Source: Enoplolaimus lenunculus
Taxonomy: Eukaryota
DNA: 64,000 bases
NCBI GenBank assembly: GCA_030248215.1
Contig: JASANG010003711.1
Location: 372,001 to 436,000 of the forward strand
Direction of reading: 5' to 3'
The number at the start of each line of letters is the position of its first letter. Position 1 is the first letter of the stretch. Positions 48,410 through 60,800 of this stretch are shown here, one piece after another. The notes beneath the pieces are model-generated. The model was not told where the DNA came from and ran no database searches. It was given only the letters and a program-made list of their open reading frames with translations. The position numbers and the translations under genes were made by a program.

Positions 48410-49660
48410 ATCGTTTTGGCGGCAAATTGGCTTCAACATTTGAATTTTGGTAAAAGAATTCAATGGCTGCAAAATTTTATTTTCCGAGGGAAAATTTAAA
48501 GTTTGGTAGTAAATTCAAATCTTGGCGGACAGGGTGCAACCGGAGGTGAAAAATACCGGAGCCGGAGCCCAACAAAACTTGCTGGAACTGGAGGTGAGGC
48601 GAAATGTAGTAAAAATAATAGTTAATTAGTTAATTTTAGCCAATATCTGCAATATGTTGTTAAGTTATTTGGTTTTACGTTAATTTTCTGGAAAATTTTG
48701 GAAATTCTATTCTGAAAATTGTGACAAAAGTAAAGCGAAACACACTAAACAGATAAATTTTGCTAAATTGTGCGAAGTTTTTACTATTGAAATTGCCGGA
48801 GCCGGAGGCAGAGCTCCGGTTGTACCCTGTTGGCGGGAAACTGAAATTTTAGCGGGAGCGTTCAAATTTTGGCGGAAAATTCAAATTTTGTCGAAAAATT
48901 CAAATTTTGGCGGAAAATTCAAATTTTGTCGAAAAATTAAAATTTTGGCGGAAATTTCAATTTTAGCGAGAAAATTAAAATTTGGGCGTGGAATTCAACT
49001 AAATCCCCATTTTGAGATGTTCAGTAGAACTCAATATGTCATACGTTATTAAAAGCTGTCTGTTGAATGTCATGTGATATTTGCATTAAATTTGAAATAT
49101 CGTATGATATTCACTGTAATGTCCTAAGATATCATGTGACACTATTTAATTGACACCAAAGCAGTGGTTTGTATATCAGTGTGGTATGATATTCAGATGT
49201 TGTCTGTTTACATTATATAGGTTGACCAATTTTATAGTTGATGCAAAATCAACACAGGACAAAGCATGTCCCACGTTGCCTCAGATTTAACGTGAACTAC
49301 GCATAAATTTCCCGTCAAAATATGTTTTGAATTTACCGTCACAATTTGAATTTCCGCCAAAATTTAAATTTTCCTGCCGTAATTTGAATTTCTTGCCAAA
49401 ATATAAATTTTCCTGTAAAAATTTGAATTTTCCCGCGAACATTTGGATTTCCCGCCAAACTTCGAATTTTCCCGGCAAAATTTCATTGAAACTTCGCCGA
49501 CAAAATTTGAATTTTAACGCCAAAATTTGAATTTCTCAGCCAAAATTTAGTTTTCCCCGCCAAAATTCGAATTTACAGCCAAAATTTAAATTTTCGCGCC
49601 ATAATTTGAAATTTCCTCGCCAAAGTTTGAATTTCCCGCTAAAACTTCAATTTTCCCGAA
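48410..49660. repeat. Inverted pair of ~20-bp tandem arrays (AAATTTTGGCGGAAAATTC) around a spacer
   Basis: Forward units at about 48410-48990 (interrupted by a MITE); reverse-complement units at about 49305-49660. Confidence 0.8.
48530..48829. mobile_element. CAGGGTGCAACCGG-family MITE inserted in the 20-bp array
   Basis: CAGGGTGCAACCGGAG...CTCCGGTTGTACCCTG; TSD TTGGCGGA / TTGGCGGG. Confidence 0.87.
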
Positions 49661-50523
49661 TCAATTTCAACACATGTTATCTGAATATATTTCATTATGT
49701 TTTTGAGTTTACGGAAACTCCTACCCTACAGTAATCGTCATTGTACAGTTGCAAAAGTTTTTAACTGGCGTTTTAATTGTAGATTCAGTTCAAATTTTCG
49801 TTTTAATGATAGCAAATGTTAATTTGCGACAGAAGTTCGATTAGGCACCGATGTAACGTAACCAAAATTTAAAACCTATGAAAGAGATTTACAACTCACG
49901 AAAAAAGATCAAAAGATTGTCTAAGGACACAAACATAGATCTGCTAAAACTTTATAATAATGGTAGGTAAACCCGTCAAGTTTACATCATGATTTTGACG
50001 ATAAAATTCTAGTTTGGAATGTTATGAAACATAATTACTCTTTCGTATCTCCAATATGTATGCCTTTGAAGATTACCGAAAGCAAAAACTGGAGTCATCG
50101 CCCGAGAGAGGTGACAAAACAGAGTCACTGAACGACACCGCTCTCATAAAAACTACAAAAAATTTTACAACGTTTGCCGGAATATCCAGTAAAAATCCTA
50201 TACCAGTGCCGGTGGCCGAAATAAATTTTCGTTGCTAAGCTGATCCGGTGGTACGTATTAGATTTTCATCAATGAAAAAACTTATTCATGAGTGAAGACA
50301 AATCACTAATTTAAAACGCTATCCTAAAATCATTGACAGGGCGATAATTTAGTTAATATTTGGCTATAAATTTAAATGCCTGTTCAGAACGCAATTCTAC
50401 TCAGCTTAATAGCAAGCTGCATCAAAGTTGATCCGTAAAGCTTTAAAACGTCGACAAAAAATTTGTTAAGTTTTGAGACTACATCAAAATCTGAGTATAC
50501 AGTTTATACCGTACACTTAACAA

Positions 50524-50631
50524 CGGGCCCGTAGCCAAGGAGGGTCCAGGGGGATCACTCCCCTAGAAAATTTTCAAACTAGCTTGTATTAAGTCACCGG
50601 AAACCCTTGTATTCCTTTGGACACGGGCCTA
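50524..50631. mobile_element. Small hAT-type MITE (GGGCCCGTAGCC family)
   Basis: CGGGCCCGTAGCCAA...TTGGACACGGGCCTA; TSD CTTAACAA / CTTGACAA; related to 59779-59947. Confidence 0.7.
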
Positions 50632-51388
50632 CTTGACAACCTGCTGCTGCTTATCTTATTTAAGTATGTGGTGTTCGGAACCTGTTCAATGCCATGGCTC
50701 GTGGCCCTCTTTTATTTAGGTCTACGGACTAACGTTAATTTGCAAAGTTGTTTCTGTTGTAAAAACCTCCTAGTTTCTGACCGGAACTTCAGATCGTAAT
50801 TCAAAAAGAATAAACCCAATGTTTTTATCTGGTTGCTTCAAATAACGGAACTTTGCCGTGTTTATCGGCACATTTAATCTAAACATTTTTCGCGACCTCG
50901 CCTCAGCGAGGCCGTGTTTAGATGGTTGTTCGCGCATAATTTGTATACGCACAGTATGTCTATTATAATTGTAATATCGTCATATATATTGGTTACATTT
51001 GGCCTGGACAGAGATTATATATATTTGTTGAAGCTACACAAGGTCCGTGGATAATTAAATATATATTGTAATCGGACAAGCTATCTCCTAGAATGCGCTT
51101 TCAATTTCGTTGGGTGGCCCCTATTCCAGCCAGTTATACCCGGTGACCAGTTACCACTGGCCGCAAACGTGACGGAGCGGCTCACAGAGTCTGTACAAAT
51201 AAGTAACGAGTTTTAACAATAGTTTTGCAAGAAATATTACTTGTTACCTCGATATTGATTGTAATGCATCCCCCACTTTTAGATACGCACAGAACATAGA
51301 ATTTTACATTGTCAAATGACGTTTGCTTTTGCTGGTCAAGAATTAGAATTTAGTGCTACTGTTTTAAATCACCAAAAAAATCAATTAC

Positions 51389-51563
51389 CAGTGGCGGATC
51401 CACGATTTCAAAATGGGGGGGGGGCAAAAGTTCACAGGTAATAAACTTATTTTTTCGTCCACACACAAACCACGAACTATTGCCATAAAATTGCTATATA
51501 ATTTTTGTCGAGATGCTGTTGGGGGGCCACGGCCGGGGTGGACCCCCCATGGATCCGCCATTG
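51389..51563. mobile_element. Small hAT-type MITE (CAGTGGCGGATCC family)
   Basis: CAGTGGCGGATCCA...TGGATCCGCCATTG; TSD TCAATTAC / TCAGTTAC. Confidence 0.82.
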
Positions 51564-54500
51564 TCAGTTACAATTTAGGTACGCTTGCAGTATAAATGAA
51601 GAACCAGCAAATGATAAAGGATGGTAAGAGGTCAATACATTTTTGGACACAGTAGCTGTCAACCGACGCGCATCTATGCTAAATACATTTCGAAGGACTA
51701 CATTAAGCATTACGATTGTATATACTGTTTCCAGTGCCGGAGTTAGGGCAGCCACCCTTCTCGCAAACAGGTCCATAGATTGCAACACCAAGGTTTACGA
51801 TGATTTATTTGAAGTGGTTAGGGTGGCGGCTCTATTTGAGATGGGCCCGTAAACGAAGCGTCGGCTGCTTCGGCCTTACCGAACTCAAATCTTGGTTACG
51901 CCGTACAAGTTATTCGACCACGAATAATCAAATTAAAAGCGCTGCATCTTTATTAATATAACAACCAGTAAAGAAACATCGATAACGCGACATATATGAA
52001 GACACAACACAAAAATGTACAAAATTCAACACGATTTGATTGGATGGCAAAGATACTGGTGTATACAGTGAAAAAATTGACTCGACGACGATTCGTCGCC
52101 CAACAACTCGTCGATTGCCAACGCGTAAAACCTGAAATTTCGTTGATCCTGACAATTTGGCCCCCCCTGCCTACTAGACGATCCTACCCACGTTGACTTG
52201 AGACGGGCTGCAAATCACCGGATCGACAAGTTGCCGTACGTACTAAAAGGGGACAAGACATGTCTGGTCTACTAGTTCTCGGGGCCGACACGATGTCGGG
52301 CTGGAAGTTACTTGTTGAGTAGTCGTCGAGTTACAAATTGTAGTGTTACCGAAAAAATGGCGCAATCGGCGTTGCAGATTTCGTTTTCTAAGGCATTGAT
52401 ATTTTATGTCGAAAATCTGATCAAAAACCTATGCGATATCGGCGAAACAACCAGCATGAAACAATTTTATTGTCGTTTTTAACTTCGTTACAGCAGTTTT
52501 TACAGAATTTTGCGCACCAATATATATAAATACGTTGCTTTTATAGCTTAACTCCTTGACAGAAACTGGTACATATGCACAGCCTATACTCAACATAAAC
52601 CTACACTGCAATATTAAAAAGATGCTTAATTTCTTCATTCAACTTTAGCTGAGAAGATGCTTTGCGCGAAAATTGTGTTGAACCAAAGTCAAATTCAAGC
52701 AAAATAAAGGTGCCGATTGAAAGGAGTATAGCAGATTAGATATCTTCATTAATCACTGGTCAATTAAGCATCTTATTTTATATAAAGTCTATATGTTATG
52801 ACAAAATTTTACAGTCAAAGGAACAAAGAACATCGCTCTAAATTTTAAAATTAATTATTCGTACGCAAAGAAAAATGTAAGAAAAATGACCAAAAAATAA
52901 TTAGCAGTCTTAATAATCCGCGTACATAACACAAATATTCTTTCAATCTATGTTTCTAAAACAATCTTTGAAAAACCAACAATGCTTGCATACTTGTGAC
53001 AACGGTTTATATTTCAACTTTGAACTTGCAAAATTTCAAGACAACTGATGAAATCGAATATGGGATATATAGTGTAAGCTCTGTAGGTAATTCCATAGAC
53101 TAGCAACACACTAAATTCTGTTCATGAAATTATACAACGCGCAGTGTTTAACGATTATTATGGTGCGTATTCGCAGTCGAAAATTTTAATATGAAAGTGA
53201 ACTCGTTTAATCGAACGCCGATATGTTGTACCTTTGCATTTTAAGCATTCCAAGACAATTCAGTAAACTATGTTTGGTTATTCAATTTATCCAATAGCAG
53301 TTGCTGCAGAAATATGACAAAATGTTAAAATTCAAAATGGCATTTTCGAAAATATATTTCATTTGGCGGTGCGGTATAAAATGAATGAGTTATGGTCGGT
53401 CATAAAATACGTGGTTCCTAAAAAACTGATCGCAAAATTTTAAAACGGTATGGGAGAAGTAGCTTCATTCAGAGTTTTGTTGTAATCTTTACAAAAAGTA
53501 GATATTACCACACAACACATTAAAATAAAAGCATCAAATATTGATAAAATCAAATCAATTTTTATATGGATTAAACAAATTTTTATATGATAGCCATACA
53601 TCTACCATACGGCAGTGGTTAAGCGTCAATCACAAACACAACAAAATTAAATTATCGCAAACTAATCAATAATTAGAGTAGGGGACTGCAATAGAGTAAA
53701 GTTAAGCTTTACATTATTTTGTTTGCTTACGCTTAGGAATATGCTTATACTATTGTTACGGCCCTGTTCTCTATACATTGGCCTTTTCAGCTATACCATT
53801 CCTTTTGATTAAAAACAAAACAAGTATCACACATTTGCGAAGATAGCTTTGGCTTCATGTATGCTGCATGCAAGAATGGTAATCTCGGTAACCTTTTTCG
53901 GCTGATTATGTTTTAAGTTTTTTGTCGACGTACTTTGCGTGTTCAAAAAATTTTGCAAATCCCGTGCAATTTTTAAAATTTACACGGAACTTTGCACGTT
54001 TTCACAAAGAAAACTGTTTTAAAAGCTGAGGTCTGTCATTGTAAAGATCTTTCAGAGTATTCTATACACATGACCAAGCATATTTAGGCATTCCTGCACG
54101 TTCTTAGTTAAATTTTAGTAACCGAAAGCATTAAATATCAACAATGTTTATATTGGCAATATAAATGAGTAGACGAATATGTACAAGAACAAGCATAATA
54201 AAAAACAAACACATAGCAGCTTGCAAAACGTCATGGCATCATGAAAACCTTAATGTGCCTTTGTATGCCCAATATAAATTTTCTTAGCGTAACTTTATTC
54301 CGGTTTCAAAATTTGTGGGCCTAACGAAACCTCGTCTAAGTCTTCGCATCATTTTTGGAGAGACACAAAAATAGCGTATTTAACATGCTTTAATGTTTAA
54401 AAAAGTACCTTGGCTCGCTCGCACAACTGGTTACATGAATTTTTTCCCTAACGATATGAAATCCTGCCTACGTCAATGTTAAACGTTCACGAATTTTGGA

Positions 54501-56699
54501 TTTAAGAGCTATACTAACGGTAATTCGACATTTACTACCCTTATGGTCTAGTTCCTTAATTTTGGTTACCGACCGAATATATAATACCAGTATACTCAAT
54601 ATATATGCGCAGCACGCGTTACCAATCAAACTTAAGTAGGTAATTTTTAAATAAATAGCAAACTATTAAACATTCAACTTGTTCAGCATGGAAAACATTA
54701 TTTAACGCTTAACCTTAATTTTTGGGCAAGTCATAGCAAAGTAAAGTTATAATAATGTTGGTATGCGCAGCCTGAAAAACGAAAACCATGTTAGAATCAA
54801 ATTGTTCACAGTATTTTGCGAAGTACTTTTCTGGAGTAGGAAATGCTGCAAAAAGAAAAGCTTATAAACTTATTAATACAATTTTTACCATGAAATCGAA
54901 AAAAGACAAACATCGAATGGATATTAATCAAATGCAAAATCAAAGCCAACGATAACATATATGTTTCCAATATGAAACGTAAAGATGACAGAGTCGCTTA
55001 TATGTTGATGTATTTGTAACCGTAGGCTTAGGCTTAGGCGTACGCGTCAGGATATAAGCGTAGGGTTACACATAGGCTTATAGGCTTGGGCATAGGCATA
55101 TGTATGTGTTTTTTAAACCCAAAGCCTAAGCGTACATGTTAAAGAAAGTACAAGAGCCAGCGAATCAGTAAAAATCGGTGTCGGTGTACTTATTAATAAT
55201 TTCCAAACTATGCATAAGGCTTAACAGCATTTACTACTTCAAATACGGCGAAAAAAATTTTGGTTATTAACCAGAAAAATAATGAGTCAAACTAACTGTT
55301 ACATTTACCCGTAAAGGAACTTTGTTTAAAAATTTGAACTAAAATGTAATATAACAAATTTGTTTTAGGACCAACCAAAACACTTTTGATTCGGTCTGGT
55401 GCAATACGTAGTGATTACTATGGGTAAGATAATGTGTCAAAATTTTACCGGATACATATACATACACATAGTGATGAATACGCAAACAACAATAAATGCA
55501 GCGGTACACATGCGTATTAGTTTTGCCCTGTGAACCAGTTTAGCGTCGAAAAATATCAGCATCAACCACCCATATATTAAGTGCTCAATCTTATCACTTG
55601 TAAAGTTGTGAATATGAGTCAAATGTTTTCGAGCACAAGTTTAAATATATGTCATGTAAAACTTTCAATCGCACCAGCGCAGGTAGTGCGAAATGTTGTT
55701 TTACCTCAAAAATAATCTTCATCTCCTCATTGTCACCGCTACTGAGGAGTTCTGCACAAGTTGTTTTACTCAATATGACGCTGACCTGGTTACGGACCAA
55801 CATTCAAAAATGACTTAGATCCGATGACTTAGATAAACAATCACAAGATTATACAGACACTTTGTAGTATAAATGTATTATAGGTAAAAATGGTGTTAAC
55901 CGAATTACGGTTTCTATAAACGTTTTCTGTACCGAATGACTAAATTTAAACTTCACAAAGTGTTACAATTTTTTCATTAATGGTTTGATACAGCAGTTGC
56001 TAACAACAGTATTAGTTAAAGCTGTAGACCGAGGAGAACAAGGCTTCTGTGACGGTTTCAAAAATTTCCGAATATTTTAACTGATTTAGGTACATTCTAA
56101 AAAGTTAATTGTTTAAATCCGGATTACAAATTGTTTTCACACTCTTACTTTTACTATCTGATATTAGATTTGATCCACAGCAATCACAAACGCAATAATC
56201 ACTAACTACCAGCAGGCATGTAAGGCCAGAAAATAATAAATTCCGAAAGTTAAAAACTCAAAAAATATCAAAAACTGAAGTATATTTATGGGTAGCTACT
56301 ACAATGAGAGTGAATTGTAGAATTGGCGAATATTAAAATCACAAAATGTACAACATGATAACATATAGCAGAAACAATATTTTAAAGTAAAAACATAACT
56401 CGATTTACCAGTTTTAAACTATCGCTTGATCCAATTAAACGCCAGCAACAACCTGAAATTTATAAAACAAAAGTTAAACTCAATTATTACCTAAAATAAC
56501 GAAAAACTTAACACATTCTCAAAATACAAAGCTGCAATAACGCAATGAGTACACAATGCATCCGAATAACAGTATACCCGAATCAATTATTAAAAAATCG
56601 ACTATTCATAATAATTGCTGTAAAACACAAAATAAAAGTAAAATTCATCCAAGGTTTTCATAGTATAAATGCGCAAGAATTAAGTCAAAAACCTTCGCC

Positions 56700-56880
56700 C
56701 AGCGTATACAATAGTATAAGCATATCCCTAAGCCTAAGCCTAAGCGTAAGCGTAAGCGTAAGCAAAGAATAAGCTTACACCTAAGCCAAAGCCCAAGCAA
56801 AAAATTTAGTCTAAAGCTTAATCTTAATACTCAATTGCAGTTCCGCAGAAAAACGTACCGCCCTAATTTTTCCATAGGCC
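56700..56880. repeat. Dispersed repeat with (TAAGCC/TAAGCG)n run
   Basis: CCTAAGCCTAAGCCTAAGCGTAAGCGTAAGCGTAAGC followed by TTGCAGTTCCGCAGAAAAACGTACCGCCCT; reverse complement of the 30624-30728 family. Confidence 0.7.
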
Positions 56881-57878
56881 AAACACTCTAAGTTAAAGCG
56901 CCCTAGCCTTTGCATGCTTAAAGGTTAAATGTACGGCACTACGGCTTATATACTGTACGACTAGCGCCCGTATTTTCCAATCTGTATAGCGCTATTACCA
57001 GCTGAACGTATCGTGAGGTTCAAAATTCGGTACATTTTACACGTTTGACCTATTCTACTACGTCTGTGTCAATTTTAAGATCCGCAATTGCGGTATTTCG
57101 TCTGTTTGATAAAACTATCGCTAACGAGTGAATGAATGGTGTTATATACGAATTTTGGTGTATGGAAAATTTCAACTTTTTAGCTCGATCGAAAGCAAAA
57201 TTCAAACTTTTTGAATTTAATTAAAAAAGCTTAATTAGTCTCTTTGTAAGGAAGACATCGAATACAATCAAATTCTATACACAATTTACAAAATTACGGG
57301 TATTTTCAAAAATGGAAATAAACATAAAAATGTACATTTCATAAGATATTTTAAAAGCGACATTCAGCGCATAAACGATACATTCATTTTGATGGCAAAA
57401 TTGTGAACCCTGAAATGCCTCAGCATTTCGTTAAGTCAACACCGGTATAAATCAACCCATATCTTCCAAGATCACCGGTACCTAAATGACCCTTGTCGGA
57501 AAAACATTCCATAAAATCGAAACAAAAATTGCGTTGTGAGACTGTGAGACGATGGCACTACAACGAACGGTGTCGAAATTCACAGCATGAAAATTAATTC
57601 AATTTGAGTTTATTTTGTTATACGAGCGTAGGTTTAATAGCAATAAACGGTCATACTTTTCGTTCTAACACTTCCAATATACTTCTTGTTCCAGGAGCTT
57701 CGCCAAAATTCGCTAATGTCTTGTGTGAAGCTTTTTTCTCAGCAAAAATCGCTTTATAGTATGCCGCGAGCAGCTTTGAGTCGAAACATTAATTTGTGAC
57801 CCCTTCAAATGGGTATAAGCAACCCATAGTAATAATCTATGCAAACATGTTCCAGGTCAAACAAAACCTAACAGCCGC

Positions 57879-60800
57879 TCAAGAAAATGACCATCGTCTT
57901 CCATCATAAGGTGTTCCTCCAGGAACATCACTATGTTCCATTCGAACACTGAACTGATTTTGTTCTGAAAGCTTGTGCGTAACATATTTTGCTGCTTTTT
58001 TAGCGAATACATTCTCTTTTCGTTTGATTTTTGGAATTTTGCCCTCGTACACAGCTGTATCGTGGATGTTATCCGCTTCTCGTTGTCGATTATTTGTGTT
58101 GTTTGATTTCAAAACGTTGCCTTTTCCCAGTGATAGCAACACAGAATCATCTTGCGTACCAGCGGTGCTGTGGTTCAGCGCATCGTTTGCTCCATTAAAT
58201 ATTTCTTCACTGCGTCTTTTCTCTGTTCCGTTGTCGCAAATGTGATTTCTTTGATTTGATTTTGAAATGGTCAAAATTGGTTTGACAAACTGGTTCAATT
58301 TGGAATTGCTGATTACAAGTTGTTGCTGAACAACTTTTTTCTCCGCCACGCTTTGGATTTCCACCAATCTGGTGTTATTGTTGGTATCCGTGTCGGTTTG
58401 CGTGTTACTTTTCAGTTTCATCTCAGGACTGCGAATTTGGTTTTGACCCGAATGTTCGTTAGCCTGACGACTGCTAGTAGAATTCTGCTTACCACGGCGT
58501 CGCTTTACCACAGGTTCCAATGAAACAACGTCCAAATCACTGTTATCATCATCATCATCATCATCACTATCGCCACTGTCGCAACAGGTTCCATTGCTGT
58601 TGTGATAAATAAATTTTTCCTGGCTTGATTCGTTTAGCTGAAAATTGGCGCTGTTTTCACTGCTGTACATTGAGTTGTTTTCACCGTCCGAGGCGGCATG
58701 ATTGTAGCTGGCTTTACAAGTTATTCCACCATATCCATTTTGTACGAATCCATTTTGAGATGTTTCCGATCTTTTCTTTGGTTCGAGTTCGCCAATGACC
58801 CCAGCAAAGTTGCTTTGTACCAAATCGGTCCCTGCGTATGGCTTACTGAGTTGTTTGGTATTGGGAAGCGCAGCTGCCGAGTGGCACGGCAGTTCTCCTC
58901 CTGGTTGAGAGCGATAAGATTTAGGTGAGCAACTGAACAACGGAGAGTCTGCGCTATTCGTTGGACCAGAACTTTGACAGATGCGGCTCACTGGCACAAA
59001 GTCTGACCCTCGCATCATCTTTTCGTGTGATTCTTCGCCCTGTGGACTGAATTTTGCGCCAAAATATCCTCTGATAGGTGTATTTGATGTTTTTTGAATG
59101 ATGCTTTCATGCGTTTGAGTTGAATTGACGTCAGGTGGTTTTAAACTGGTCGACGAGGTGTCGGAAAATCCGTTATTGAAAATGTTGCCATCAACCGAAT
59201 GTCGTTGCCGGCGTTCGGGGTATAGAAACCATTTTTGGTGCGAGGGCCAACTCTTAGGAGGCTTCGCGTACCAAACGTTTGGCTTCGATCGAATCGGTTG
59301 TACAGAAGGGGCATAATTGTCAATGAGGGGTCTCCCCAAAATGAATGGCGTCATCGGTATTGAATGATGTGATCCATACAACTCCGGATTACTTGGACAC
59401 AAAGGCAACTGCTGCGCCTTTGACCCGCTCAGATCAGTACTTTGGGCCAATTTAAATTTTGAGTTTGGTTCCATTTTAACGGCGGTTTGAATTTTAGACT
59501 TCAAGCTTGAAGTGTCATTTCGATGTGTAAGCGACATGCAAACATCACCCACTGTTAGCTTATGGCACGTCAAATTGTAGATTGTCATTGACTGCGCTGG
59601 ATCGTAAGAAGACCATCCGCGACCAACGACAAAGAACGGATGTCCGGTGTGTGCTGCGACACTGAACTAAAAACAAACAGAAAAACCAAAATCACTAAAC
59701 AGGTCCGATGAAATGATTTTGAATTAGAGCCTTAAAACTAACTATTGTGAAAAAAAATGCGAATGGACATACTTGTGTCGGGTCCGTAGCCAATGGGGAT
59801 GCAGGGGGGAGGGGCTTAGCACCCCCTTGAAAAATTTTGGCACCCCTAGAAAATTTTCAACTTTGCTTATAAGACATTGAAAACCCTTGTATGCCCCTCT
59901 TGAAACATTTTAAGCCCTTCAAGCAAGATGAGCTAACTACGGGCCAGACTTAAGTTTGCAACGGCGAGCCTAGATTCCGCTTTGAAGTTTAACTCAAACG
60001 AATGGATGTAGTATATACAAATTAAAACACTATATTTTTGTCTTAATTGGCTGAGTAATCAGCGTTTAGAAGTTGGTCAAATACTGTTTGGCATTTGCAA
60101 ATGCGTGCTATTAAGCAGACTGTGTGTATTGTATCTTTACTGGGACTTTAGAACGTAAAATATCTCAAAAAATCGCTATTTCATCTGAAATTATCCAATA
60201 AATATTCAAATTTAATTGTGTAGAATACGTTGCTTAAGTGGGTGCGTAAATACTTGACTTCATATGCGCAATGATCTTTTATAGATTCCATTTAATTTCA
60301 AATCTGTGTTACCTCTAAGTTACCATTAAATTTAAAATTTGTTTTACCTCTTAGGTTCTATTTAAATTACAAAATCTGTGTTAATTACTTTTGAAGTTGC
60401 AAAACCGATGTTAATAGTTGACGTTTAATAATACGTTCTCGCACAACACTTAAAAATATATAATTGCTTTGGCTTCATAATTTGGATTATAGGTAATTCA
60501 GGTGATTTGTTCCAGGTTTGCAATGAAAATTATTCTGCCTCCAAGTTAAATGTGACAAAAGTATGTTTTATTTCATTAATGAGTTTTATTTTTAGTTTTA
60601 AACCAGTTCCATTTGTATAATGGCAACAGCTTAGAATTATCTTACGGTGAGCAAACTATCATTGCAACATAATTTAATCATAACTTGGCCCCTTCAGTCC
60701 AACAGGCTTTACTAGCAATCCAGAGTTAAGCACTGGTATGCACCGGTACATTACTCAACAAATACGTATACTCATATTTGTACAATTATAGTACCTAGTA

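Noticed and set aside
52400..57878. Additional gene or RNA gene downstream of the ATXN1-like stop
   Set aside because: Only short AT-rich ORFs and no recognisable RNA motif; more likely long 3' UTR or intergenic DNA.
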